A stretch of 64,000 nucleotides of DNA, from IMG/VR virus record IMGVR_UViG_3300013121_000020, positions 1 through 64,000 of that record; one strand, written 5' to 3'. A model generated the notes under the pieces. The model had not been told where the DNA came from. It saw only the letters and a list, made by a program, of their open reading frames with translations, and did not search any database. This document shows, one piece after another, positions 1-9,103 of this stretch; position 1 is the stretch's first letter; each line of letters begins with the position of its first letter. Origin of the DNA: a virus (taxonomy: Duplodnaviria; Caudoviricetes). Position numbers and translations under genes: made by a program.

Positions 1-121
1 ACCAGTTGAACCAGTTGAACCAGTTGAACCAGTTGAACCAGTTGAACCAGTTGAACCAGTTGAACCAGTTGAACCAGTTGAACCAGTTGAACCAGTTGAA
101 CCAGTTGAACCAGTTGAACCA
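1..121. repeat. Perfect 9-bp tandem repeat (ACCAGTTGA)n, about 13 copies, running off the window edge
   Basis: Directly visible; reads (PVE)n on + or (STG)n on -, coding status unknown. Confidence 0.95.
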
Positions 122-149
122 GATGAAGTGATGAAGTGATGAAGTGATG
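122..149. repeat. 8-bp tandem repeat (GATGAAGT) x3.5 abutting the 9-mer array
   Basis: gatgaagt gatgaagt gatgaagt gatg. Confidence 0.9.
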
Positions 150-204
150 CAGGACAGGGATTAACCCGGAAGCACCGACAGTGGTAGAATCGATAGCATG
201 TAAC

Positions 205-400
205 TCGAAGCTCCTGAGGAACATTAACCTGATAGAATGTTCCGGTTCCTGGGGACAGGAATGACGATGGCAGGAGAACGGAAGTAGGTTTCGACCAGCA
301 CATAAGGAACCCACCAGAGACTAGTTGCTGGAGCTTGCCTACGATCCTAGAGTCCCATTGCGATAACCCCCGCAATAGCGCGATTATACATCCTAGGAAA
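205..400. ncRNA. Candidate structured non-coding element (multi-hairpin)
   Basis: GC-richer than genome; stems ctcctg211-216/caggag271-276, ggaacatt218-225/aatgttcc236-243, ttcctg246-251/caggaa256-261, gtagg284-288/cctac338-342, ccagca295-300/tgctgg326-331, attgcg357-362/cgcaat371-376. Confidence 0.3.
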
Positions 401-479
401 TAGAAATTTAACCTTCTTTTTCCAGATTAGGATGGTGGGGACCTCGGTGTATATAATAACTGTTTGAAAAGGATTTAAA

Positions 480-1241
480 ATGATAAACAAGAACTGTCTT
501 AGTTACTGGTTTCCAAAACTACAATCAGCAAATTTGCCAGTACCAAAAACCGAAATAATAACAGTCCCAAATGGTAACATGATTATGCCACCAATCCTTG
601 ATGGTAAAGAATTTGTTGGAATGAATAAATTAATAGATGACATAAAAATTGCTATTGCTAATATTGGTACATTACCAGTGTTTTTAAGAACAGGGCAAGG
701 GAGTGGTAAACATCGATGGAAAAATTGTTGCTACCTTAATGATATAAACATGATTGGTCATCACATTTACAATTTAGTAGAATGGTCACACATGGTTAGT
801 TTTCTAGGATTACCGCACGATGTGTGGGCGGTACGTGAATTTTTACCAACTAAACCAATTGCTATTTTACCAAGATATGATGATATGCCTTTAATAACAG
901 AAGTGCGTGCTTTTATTTGCGATGGTAAAGTAATATGCTCACATGACTATTGGCCGTGCAAATCGATTATGAACGGATTGTCACTGCCTCCAAGTGTGAC
1001 AATTGCCAGCGTAAAAAAAGAATCAGAACGTCTTCACAAATTGGTTAGCACCACAATTGAGCAACGTGAAGAAGCTCATGTAGTTGCTAGAAAAGTAGCA
1101 AAAACATTTCACGATGATGGATATTGGTCTGTTGATTTACTATTAACAGATCGTGGATGGTACATTACTGATATGGCAAATGGCCATGAATCATTTCATG
1201 AACAAGGGTGCGGTCATGTTGTGACACAAACTAACGGATGA
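480..1241 (+). CDS. ATP-grasp fold protein, R2K/Cdc123-like clade
   Basis: WFPKL..LPVPKT, PVFLRTGQGSGKH, AVREFL, EVRAFI, WSVDLL..WYITDM pattern. Confidence 0.6.
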   Translation: MINKNCLSYWFPKLQSANLPVPKTEIITVPNGNMIMPPILDGKEFVGMNKLIDDIKIAIANIGTLPVFLRTGQGSGKHRWKNCCYLNDINMIGHHIYNLVEWSHMVSFLGLPHDVWAVREFLPTKPIAILPRYDDMPLITEVRAFICDGKVICSHDYWPCKSIMNGLSLPPSVTIASVKKESERLHKLVSTTIEQREEAHVVARKVAKTFHDDGYWSVDLLLTDRGWYITDMANGHESFHEQGCGHVVTQTNG

Positions 1242-1268
1242 AAAATATTCTAAAGGGGTATTCATCCA

Positions 1269-3275
1269 ATGGTTGATACTATCGATTGCAAATTGCCATA
1301 TTTGCCACGGACCGCAAACGATGGTGATGAAGTATGTGATAAATATGGCAATAGATGGCGATTTGATAGTGATAAAGACGGTTGGATATCATATGGTGTT
1401 ATTACACCACCACCAACCGTAACTGAATCAACTAATGGATTAGTAACACCAGCAGTTTTTTCTCAAATTCAGAGAGTTAAGCAATATTTTACAAACAACA
1501 ATCCACAACCACTTAAATTAGTTCCAGGCACTGACGCATATTGGTATTATTTTAAATCTAGTGATAAATTCATTAAATTTCGTCCGGAAGCGGAAGATGC
1601 GTTACGCATAGAAGTTGATACTGGCAGATTCTTTCAAGTAATAATGAAAGAAGTTTGTCAAGGTCCACGTGGTGCTACCGGTGCTAAGGGGAAAACAGGT
1701 CGTGCTGGACTGCCAGGACCGGCAGAATTATGCTATCAACCAATAATTGATAACAATCGTCTTGATTTTGCTATTTATACGCCTGCCCCATTGGTTGATA
1801 GAACTGACATAGTTCTTCCAAATAATCATGTTCCAGACATTTCTATTAGATTATATCGCGCAATTTTACCAACCGCAATTCAAAATGCGACTGGTAAATT
1901 GACTTTAAAGAAATTGCAACAACGTCAGAAAGATGTAGCAATTGCCTATGATCAATTACAACACTTAGCAATTTATTATCATTCACACGACGACATAATA
2001 TCAAAATTTCAATCAACTCGCGATTTATTACGATACTATAGTATTGGTGCGTCAAATAATGATATATTGAATGGTATACCTTTAAGTAGAGTTTTAGTTT
2101 TACCAACTGGTGCGTCTGTATCAGAGCAACCAAGCGTCACTATTTTAATAGATCCATTATCTGTATTACCAATTAGAATCACAAATTCAAATGATATTTT
2201 AATTGACGTAGAAAAAAGTGCATCTACAATCATATACAATCGAGACACAAATATAGTTTCTGGATCTTTGTTTTTACAAAGCGGTGTATGGGATGATTTG
2301 TGGTGTGTAAAATCACGCCAAAAAGGACCAGATGGTAAACCAGGGAGCGCTGGTGAATCAACTATCAAAATTGTTGAATGTCAACTTGATTCTACTAATA
2401 TTGTGGCAACATGTCCAATTGTGAATGTTCGTCTCGATTGTAATCAAAGTACCATTTTGACGATGTGCTCTGATGTTGTTTCAGATGTTTGTGTTCAAAA
2501 GGTTAGAATTCCTCAATCAACTTTACCGGTTTCTGATAAGTCTGCTTTAGATGCTGTGTTTGCGTCTGCACAAATGATTGTAGATGATTGTAAACGAATT
2601 TATAGATATAAAGTTGTTCTTGGTGATGATGAATTAGATGATTTAAATCTTCCTCATTGGGACCCACAGCCTGGGTGTTTAACTAAACGACATTATAATA
2701 GACACAATTTTGATTGGATGTCAAAGACTAATGTTGCCGCGTGTACAGATCCGCTTGCTAAATGGTATGATCCGAACATGATTCCGCGTTCTGGCGCATA
2801 TCCTCATCAAATTATAGTAGCCCCAAGCCCGCTTAAAGATGAGTGTTCACAGGACGATTTTTTCTATTGTCCAAACGTTCAAGGCGGAGGATGTGCTGAT
2901 ACAGAAGTAAGCGGGACACCAGCACCACCATCACCGCCTCCGCCACCACCTCCGCCGCCTCCGCCAGGAGTGTTGACCACAGACTTTACGTGGTCGCCAC
3001 TGCAACCAATTATTGGTCAATCTATTAAGTTTACTCAAACAACATCTGGAGGGCTTGAGCCGTATGCTCATAACTGGAACTTTGGAGATGGCAATTCAAG
3101 CATTACGGTAAACCCAACATATTCATATGCAGTTCCTGGTGTTTATACAGTAACATTAACAGTAACAGATAGTGAGGGAACTGTTGCGTCTAAATCGTAT
3201 GATATTACTGTTAGTGATGGAAATTTAATTCAGAAGCTTGATGTGAATAGAAAATCGCGTAGATGGCGTATTTAA
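1269..3275 (+). CDS. Putative virion structural/fibre protein with short collagen-like GXY runs, polyproline linker and C-terminal PKD domain
   Basis: GPRGATGAKGKTGRAGLPGP; SPPPPPPPPPPP; WNFGDG..NPTYSYAVPGVYTVTLTVTD. Confidence 0.7.
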   Translation: MVDTIDCKLPYLPRTANDGDEVCDKYGNRWRFDSDKDGWISYGVITPPPTVTESTNGLVTPAVFSQIQRVKQYFTNNNPQPLKLVPGTDAYWYYFKSSDKFIKFRPEAEDALRIEVDTGRFFQVIMKEVCQGPRGATGAKGKTGRAGLPGPAELCYQPIIDNNRLDFAIYTPAPLVDRTDIVLPNNHVPDISIRLYRAILPTAIQNATGKLTLKKLQQRQKDVAIAYDQLQHLAIYYHSHDDIISKFQSTRDLLRYYSIGASNNDILNGIPLSRVLVLPTGASVSEQPSVTILIDPLSVLPIRITNSNDILIDVEKSASTIIYNRDTNIVSGSLFLQSGVWDDLWCVKSRQKGPDGKPGSAGESTIKIVECQLDSTNIVATCPIVNVRLDCNQSTILTMCSDVVSDVCVQKVRIPQSTLPVSDKSALDAVFASAQMIVDDCKRIYRYKVVLGDDELDDLNLPHWDPQPGCLTKRHYNRHNFDWMSKTNVAACTDPLAKWYDPNMIPRSGAYPHQIIVAPSPLKDECSQDDFFYCPNVQGGGCADTEVSGTPAPPSPPPPPPPPPPPGVLTTDFTWSPLQPIIGQSIKFTQTTSGGLEPYAHNWNFGDGNSSITVNPTYSYAVPGVYTVTLTVTDSEGTVASKSYDITVSDGNLIQKLDVNRKSRRWRI

Positions 3276-3287
3276 AATTTTTTAGTT

Positions 3288-4721
3288 ATGAGTATGTATA
3301 TGCCATCAATTATAATATATTCAACGGATAATAAATATTTAGACAAAACAATTGATGAAATTTTAGACACAACTCCCAGCACGTTAATTGATGAGATTAT
3401 TGTTTGTGACGATGTGGGAAGTGGCTATGCTCGCAGTGGTGTGAAAACACAATTAACCAATCGCATTGGTAGAGCAAATGCGTGGAATTTAGCTGCGTTA
3501 ACTAGCGTTGGCGAGCATTTAATATTTATAAAAGATAAAACAAAACCAAGCATTAATTGGATATCTGGATTAGTTTCTGCTCTTAATGATCGACCACAGT
3601 CAATTGTTAGTCCTATCGTTCATACTCTTGATTTGAGTTTGTGGTCTTCAACACCATCTCGATGGAAAAGGTTTGGTTGGAGATGGGATTTAAATTTATA
3701 TGACAGAATATGTCCGGTTGGTAATGAGTCTCCAGCAATTTCATCGTATTGTATAGCTTGTACTAAATCGTGGTTTAATGAGATTGGTGGATTTGATAGT
3801 GGTATGAACAGTGGTGGTGGAGAAGATATTGAGTTGTCACTGCGATGTTGGTTGTTGGGTGGATCAGTTCACGTTTGTGACGATAGCATCATTTCTGTTG
3901 CGTTAGAATTAGATTATAATACAAATACGATAAATAATCTTGCTAGGATAGTTGAAGCGTGGATGCCAGAATATGCCACGAATTTTTATAATGCTCATAG
4001 AATTGATAAAACAAAAATTATTACTGGTAGATTAACCAATTTAATTAAAGCACAGGAGAAACAGCGAAGAGCATTTGAATGGTTTTTAAATACAAAACAA
4101 CCAGAATTGATTGGTGTTTATGGCTTAAAATCTGCAGCTACTAATAAGAATATTGCTGTTGTTGGGTGTGGACCATCATTAGACTATATTAATCATGCGA
4201 TGATTAATAGACATGATGTGATTATTGGTGTAGATTATGCTGGATTATTGTTTGATTGTGATTTTGTGATGACTGATACGTTGCATGTGGCGATTGAGCT
4301 TCAAAAGAAATATGATGAATCAAAGCTTGTTGTTCCAACGATGCTTTATAATAGGATTATTGGTGAAATTGTTCCGACGTCGGAATTGTTACCTTCTGCC
4401 AATCAATTTGAATATGCAAACAAGAATTCTGTGATTGTTTCAGTTGATCCGCCATTTTGTGATTTTGATAATATAGCATTGACAGCTATTCATTTTGCGT
4501 TATTTTTAAATCCGTCTAATGTAACCATTTATGGTTGTGATAATAAGATTGTTGATGGTAAGAGCCATACATCCAGAATCGAATATTATGATGGTGGTAA
4601 ATTGTGGCCGGATAATGATGGTACTCGTCGAAGATTTGCGTTGTACGAATATGGCATAGACCAACTTGGTAAGATTGCTGTTAATGTTGGTATACCATTA
4701 ATTAGAGTTAGTCATGCATGA
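3288..4721 (+). CDS. Two-domain glycosyltransferase-like protein: GT-A (polypeptide GalNAc-transferase/GT2-like) plus Maf/DUF115/CstII-like domain
   Basis: DEIIVCDD, IVSPIV, IGGFDSGM..GGEDIELSLRCWLLGG; C-terminal IAVVGCGPSL ... IYGCD. Confidence 0.7.
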   Translation: MSMYMPSIIIYSTDNKYLDKTIDEILDTTPSTLIDEIIVCDDVGSGYARSGVKTQLTNRIGRANAWNLAALTSVGEHLIFIKDKTKPSINWISGLVSALNDRPQSIVSPIVHTLDLSLWSSTPSRWKRFGWRWDLNLYDRICPVGNESPAISSYCIACTKSWFNEIGGFDSGMNSGGGEDIELSLRCWLLGGSVHVCDDSIISVALELDYNTNTINNLARIVEAWMPEYATNFYNAHRIDKTKIITGRLTNLIKAQEKQRRAFEWFLNTKQPELIGVYGLKSAATNKNIAVVGCGPSLDYINHAMINRHDVIIGVDYAGLLFDCDFVMTDTLHVAIELQKKYDESKLVVPTMLYNRIIGEIVPTSELLPSANQFEYANKNSVIVSVDPPFCDFDNIALTAIHFALFLNPSNVTIYGCDNKIVDGKSHTSRIEYYDGGKLWPDNDGTRRRFALYEYGIDQLGKIAVNVGIPLIRVSHA

Positions 4722-5022
4722 TTTGTACATCATAATAATCTTAGTTACTAATGTGGCTCATATAATATGTTTCATATATTTTTGTTATTTGAGCAGACGT
4801 GCAGTGATGTTGTTGGGGAGCATCAAAGATGGCTGGAGAAAAGAAATTCAATCAACCTCTTGGGTATCTAGCGCAGCTCAGAGTCCTGTTAAAGAATTCT
4901 CAGAAATTAAAACGACAGAGGTTAGAATCGCAGAGCTTCCTCCAGAAGTTATTGCCCCACACATTAAAAAACCACCAAAGTCAAGTGGATTCGGAGAGGT
5001 TGGTAGTAGTAACAGAGACTGA
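4714..5022 (+). CDS. Small membrane protein
   Basis: N-terminal hydrophobic helix; start overlaps upstream stop. Confidence 0.55.
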   Translation: MHDLYIIIILVTNVAHIICFIYFCYLSRRAVMLLGSIKDGWRKEIQSTSWVSSAAQSPVKEFSEIKTTEVRIAELPPEVIAPHIKKPPKSSGFGEVGSSNRD

Positions 5023-5203
5023 TAATATTAAAAATGTGGTAATTAGAAAAAGAGTTTTACCACATCCCCCACAACGCCGTCCGACACATGATCGTATATT
5101 GCCAGAGGCTACGTGTCAGGAAGTTATTTCGATAGTTGATGAAATTGAACAACATCCACAAGTATATAAACTTAGAGATATTTATTTAGGTAGGAGAGTG
5201 GCA

Positions 5204-6295
5204 ATGTCAAATATTGGTATTGATATTGGTACTAAAACAATTGTTGTTGCGTTTAAAGATGAAAACAATAAAACAAGTTATATTTCAGAAATTAATGGAT
5301 ATTGGCCATTTGAACGTGCTACGCCGTTCATAGAGAATATGTTGAATGATCCTAATAAACAACGTGCTGATGGTACAAAAAGACCGGCACGATGGTTTAA
5401 ATTGCCTGAAACTAATAGAATTATTGTTTTAGGGTATGACGCAGAAGAATTTGCATATGCTAAAAATGATACATTGCTGCGGCCAATGGCTGAGGGCGGA
5501 ATTAGCCACGATGAAGAAGCAATGACAGTGCTTTCTTCATTGGTCCAAGGTCTCATCAGTATGGTAGAAAATGATATTGGCGAATTTACAGATGAGGTTA
5601 AAATTTGCTATTGCACAACAGCACCAGCAATTAATAAGGATACTACTAATATAGATTATCATCAGCGTGTTATTAATATGATTTTAGATGGTTATGAGAC
5701 TAATTCTAAGAAAATTATAAACAATATTAAAGAATCGCACGCAATTGTTCTCAATATGAGTTCAGATGGTACTGGTATAGGAATAAGTTGGGGTGCTGGA
5801 ACAGTAACTGTTAGTTATATTAAATATGGCATGGAAATTTATTCATTTTCGTGGGTTGGGGCTGGTGATTGGATCGATGTTCAAGTGGCTATGCGTCATG
5901 GATATGATCCTGAGTCATTTAAAACTAGAAAGAAGACAGCAAAAGAAACGCCAACCACGGTTGCCCGTCGTAAAATGTCTGTTGACTTGACTCCAGGTTC
6001 TGAACCAACTGACAGAGTTGGTCTTGATATTGCACTTCACTATGATGTATTGATTAGTCAAGTTATTGACGGTATAGTTAGCGGGTTTGAAGTACACGAG
6101 GCTGAAGCTAGAATCGAAGAGGGTATAAATATTTATATGGCTGGTGGTACTAGTTCTCCAAAAGGGTTTACGCAACGTGTGCGTAAGAAACTTTCTGAAA
6201 AGAATTTGCCATTTACTGTTGGTGAGGTTAAACGATCATCAGAGCCTCTTTTCTGTGTTGCTGAAGGATGTTTGAGGGCGGCGGAGATGTTTTAA
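5204..6295 (+). CDS. Actin-fold ATPase (MreB/MamK/ParM-like)
   Basis: Phosphate-1 IGIDIGT, phosphate-2 ISWGAGT, AGDWID, adenosine YMAGGTS, PLFCVAEG; AGGAG RBS before ATG 5204 (ORF track extends to 4829). Confidence 0.8.
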   Translation: MSNIGIDIGTKTIVVAFKDENNKTSYISEINGYWPFERATPFIENMLNDPNKQRADGTKRPARWFKLPETNRIIVLGYDAEEFAYAKNDTLLRPMAEGGISHDEEAMTVLSSLVQGLISMVENDIGEFTDEVKICYCTTAPAINKDTTNIDYHQRVINMILDGYETNSKKIINNIKESHAIVLNMSSDGTGIGISWGAGTVTVSYIKYGMEIYSFSWVGAGDWIDVQVAMRHGYDPESFKTRKKTAKETPTTVARRKMSVDLTPGSEPTDRVGLDIALHYDVLISQVIDGIVSGFEVHEAEARIEEGINIYMAGGTSSPKGFTQRVRKKLSEKNLPFTVGEVKRSSEPLFCVAEGCLRAAEMF

Positions 6296-6298
6296 TCA

Positions 6299-6985
6299 AT
6301 GAGCGTTGATTTTAAGATCCATCATGTCCATAAGTCTGTTATTGCATTTTCTATAGATTTCGATTTTTATTTTTTGCGTGTTAATCCAGTACCACAAATT
6401 TTTGATATAAATTTAACACCACATACTATTGCCAATATTGATAGTTGGTTTCAAGCTAAGACACATCAGAGGTATTCATATCAAGGATTTCTTGATATGG
6501 CAGGTGCGTTTATGGATGGGTTGAAACACACTTATTCTGGTTACGATTTAGAACAAGTTTGTGAACGCGCTGCGACAGCTACTAAACATTTCATATTGAC
6601 AGAAAAACTTAGTGATTATATGAAGGCTTATTGGATAGAAGCAATAGACAGAGTGAAATTGGAAAGGATTTATGTTAAAATAATTAGAGATAAATTTGAA
6701 AAATTGCGTATAAAATTAGGTGATGATGAGTTGTTTAATAATTTATGTAGATTTTATAAAAATGCATATAATAATTACCCAAAACTTGCTCCAATTTTTG
6801 ATAAATTTATTAAACGTCTTAATCGTAGTTTGCAAGATCCACATTATCCAGAAACTGTTGATTTAGATAATAGCATGCACAAATTTGTATATATTATGAC
6901 TCTTGGTCATGGAAGTATACCAGAGTATAAGAATGTTTCTTTAGAAATTCAAAACAAGATGAAGCTATTGGATTCTGCTGTGTAA
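6299..6985 (+). CDS. Hypothetical protein
   Basis: 228-aa ORF in co-oriented operon. Confidence 0.6.
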   Translation: MSVDFKIHHVHKSVIAFSIDFDFYFLRVNPVPQIFDINLTPHTIANIDSWFQAKTHQRYSYQGFLDMAGAFMDGLKHTYSGYDLEQVCERAATATKHFILTEKLSDYMKAYWIEAIDRVKLERIYVKIIRDKFEKLRIKLGDDELFNNLCRFYKNAYNNYPKLAPIFDKFIKRLNRSLQDPHYPETVDLDNSMHKFVYIMTLGHGSIPEYKNVSLEIQNKMKLLDSAV

Positions 6986-7279
6986 ATGTGTTGTGTTATT
7001 ATGACATTTATGACTGTTACGTATGCTGTTGTTGATTGCTTAAAAGAGAAATTGCATACTAAATATTCTATTGTTGAATCTGTTGGTAATAATTTCTTCA
7101 CAATAATGAATGATAATATTCCGTTTATGTGTATGATATATAGGAAAGGTAATAACATGGTACTTTGGCGAGATGAAACACGAGAAAAAGCGTGTTTTGA
7201 TATTGCAAACCCACGGTTGATAGAATTGTTAATTGAACGTTTAGAAGGTTGGTCGAAGAAGGTTACGACTAATGATTGA
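6986..7279 (+). CDS. Hypothetical protein
   Basis: Tightly packed ORF. Confidence 0.5.
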   Translation: MCCVIMTFMTVTYAVVDCLKEKLHTKYSIVESVGNNFFTIMNDNIPFMCMIYRKGNNMVLWRDETREKACFDIANPRLIELLIERLEGWSKKVTTND

Positions 7280-7652
7280 TGATAAATTTATGGTTGCTTT
7301 TGCAGAAGAGGTTAAATTTCATCTTAATATGTTGAATGAGTCTAAATATAAATTATTTTTAAGACGGGAAAATTGTGACCCACGTCTTAAAAATATACAA
7401 TCGTTACCGATCCCTGGTATAATAGATAATATGTTATTGTTGGAGACAGAAATACCTCTTGATTATGAGATTTATGTTGAAATTAAGGGTTCAATAATTT
7501 ATATACAGAAATATATCAAATTTGATTTAAATGATCCAAATTCAATTGATGATATGAAATTGTTATTTAATGATTTATCAAAATTAAATGCTTTATATAG
7601 TACATGTCGAACTTTGTGTTGTAAAAACACTTATCGCGCATTGTTGGGTTGA
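7272..7652 (+). CDS. Hypothetical protein
   Basis: Overlapping operonic ORF. Confidence 0.5.
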   Translation: MIDDKFMVAFAEEVKFHLNMLNESKYKLFLRRENCDPRLKNIQSLPIPGIIDNMLLLETEIPLDYEIYVEIKGSIIYIQKYIKFDLNDPNSIDDMKLLFNDLSKLNALYSTCRTLCCKNTYRALLG

Positions 7653-7663
7653 GGAGTTTGTGT

Positions 7664-9103
7664 ATGATTAATGACGGTGTTGTGCCACAATATGATCCAT
7701 CCATGTATACTGGTCCATCTCATTTTGTGCATTTACATAATCATACACTTTTTAGTATGTTAGATGGTGTTGCGTCACCGGAACAATATGCTGAGCAATG
7801 CGCAAAACGTGGTTATCCGGCCATGAGTGCGACAGAACATGGTCATATGGCAAGTGTTCCAGATATGTATCTAGCTTTTAAGAAAGCAAAGGTGAAATAT
7901 ATTGCCGGTTGTGAAATATATTATAATGATTGGGAACCGAAGAGACATGAGCTTGAATCAAATGGGATTAAGGTTAGGTCTCCTGAATGGAGAAGGAACA
8001 ATCCAGAGCTTGCATATCGGATTGTTCGAAATAGACACTTAACTATTTTGTGTAAGAATCAAATTGGATTTCAGAATTTAGTAAAATTGACCACTCAAGC
8101 ATATGAGAGTGGTTTGTTTGGTGTATCACAGCGGCAATTTAATAGAATATGGTTTGAAAAATTATGTGAGTTTAAAGAAGGTTTGATTATATTGTCAGGA
8201 TGTCTCAATGGTCCAGTATGCCATGAACTTCGTTTTCGCCAGTTGAAAGATCGTGAAGGCAATGTAATAATGGAGCGTGATAAAAAACAATGTTTGATTG
8301 AGGCTGTTCGATATATTAAGAAATTCAAGTCAGTGTTTGGCGACGATTATTACATCGAATTGCAAATGCCCGGTGTTGAAGATGATGAATGGGTGTTTAG
8401 AACTTTAATTATGTTGGCTGACCAATATAAAATTAAGACTGTCTTAGCGAATGATTGTCATTATTTAAGACGTGATGACTTTCAAATTCAAAAAATTATG
8501 ATGGCTATTGCTCAAGAAACGACTGTTGATAGTCCAGATTTGTTTCACGTGAATTCAGATGAACAATATATGAAGACTCGTGCTGAATTATGGGCACGTT
8601 TTAAAAATTGTGGATATTCTAATGGTATTGATGATAGAAAATTTGAAGAAATGTGCGATAATTCATTGATGGTTGCAGAACGGTGTAAGTCGTTAGATTT
8701 TGATCCAGACCCTAAAATTCCACAAATTAAGAATGCTGATGAACAACTATGGGAGCTTGTAAATACTAGATTAAAAGAAACTAGACTTGGCCTTGATACT
8801 ACTAAGTATATTATAGATGGTCGTGCTGTGACATATGTTGAGCAGGCTAAAATTGAATTGAAACGATTCATTGATAAGGGTTTTGCTAGTTATTTTTTGA
8901 TTACTAGAGATCTTATTAATTATGGGCGTCAGCAGGGTTGGCCATTTTCTCCAAGAGGGTCAGCTGGCGGGTCGTTGGTTTGTTTTTTATTGGGTATCCA
9001 CGTTCTTAATCCAATGTTGTGGGGTTTGTCTTTTGATCGTTTTTTATCCCCATCTCGTGGTGGATATATGTTGAATTTGAATATGGGAGAGGAAAAGAAA
9101 TGA
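7664..9103 (+). CDS. dnaE: DNA polymerase III alpha, fragment 1: PHP domain plus start of palm (GS motif)
   Basis: FVHLHNHTLFSMLDG, ATEHGHM, GCEIY, HLTIL, LSGCLNG, NDCHY, GFASYFL, RGSAGGSLVCFLLGI, LSFDRFLSPSR, then stop; GAGGAG RBS before ATG 7664. Confidence 0.9.
   Translation: MINDGVVPQYDPSMYTGPSHFVHLHNHTLFSMLDGVASPEQYAEQCAKRGYPAMSATEHGHMASVPDMYLAFKKAKVKYIAGCEIYYNDWEPKRHELESNGIKVRSPEWRRNNPELAYRIVRNRHLTILCKNQIGFQNLVKLTTQAYESGLFGVSQRQFNRIWFEKLCEFKEGLIILSGCLNGPVCHELRFRQLKDREGNVIMERDKKQCLIEAVRYIKKFKSVFGDDYYIELQMPGVEDDEWVFRTLIMLADQYKIKTVLANDCHYLRRDDFQIQKIMMAIAQETTVDSPDLFHVNSDEQYMKTRAELWARFKNCGYSNGIDDRKFEEMCDNSLMVAERCKSLDFDPDPKIPQIKNADEQLWELVNTRLKETRLGLDTTKYIIDGRAVTYVEQAKIELKRFIDKGFASYFLITRDLINYGRQQGWPFSPRGSAGGSLVCFLLGIHVLNPMLWGLSFDRFLSPSRGGYMLNLNMGEEKK

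Noticed and set aside
1-149. CRISPR array
   Set aside because: Repeats are contiguous 8-9-mers with no spacers, and no cas genes are present in the window
205-300. Hammerhead ribozyme (CTGAGGA at 214-220; CGAAAC on the minus strand near 288-293)
   Set aside because: The two core motifs are on opposite strands and GAAA does not follow stem II
1-426. Minus-strand open frame running into (STG)n
   Set aside because: The frame is open, but the translation does not look protein-like and has no clear RBS; it cannot be fully excluded without upstream sequence
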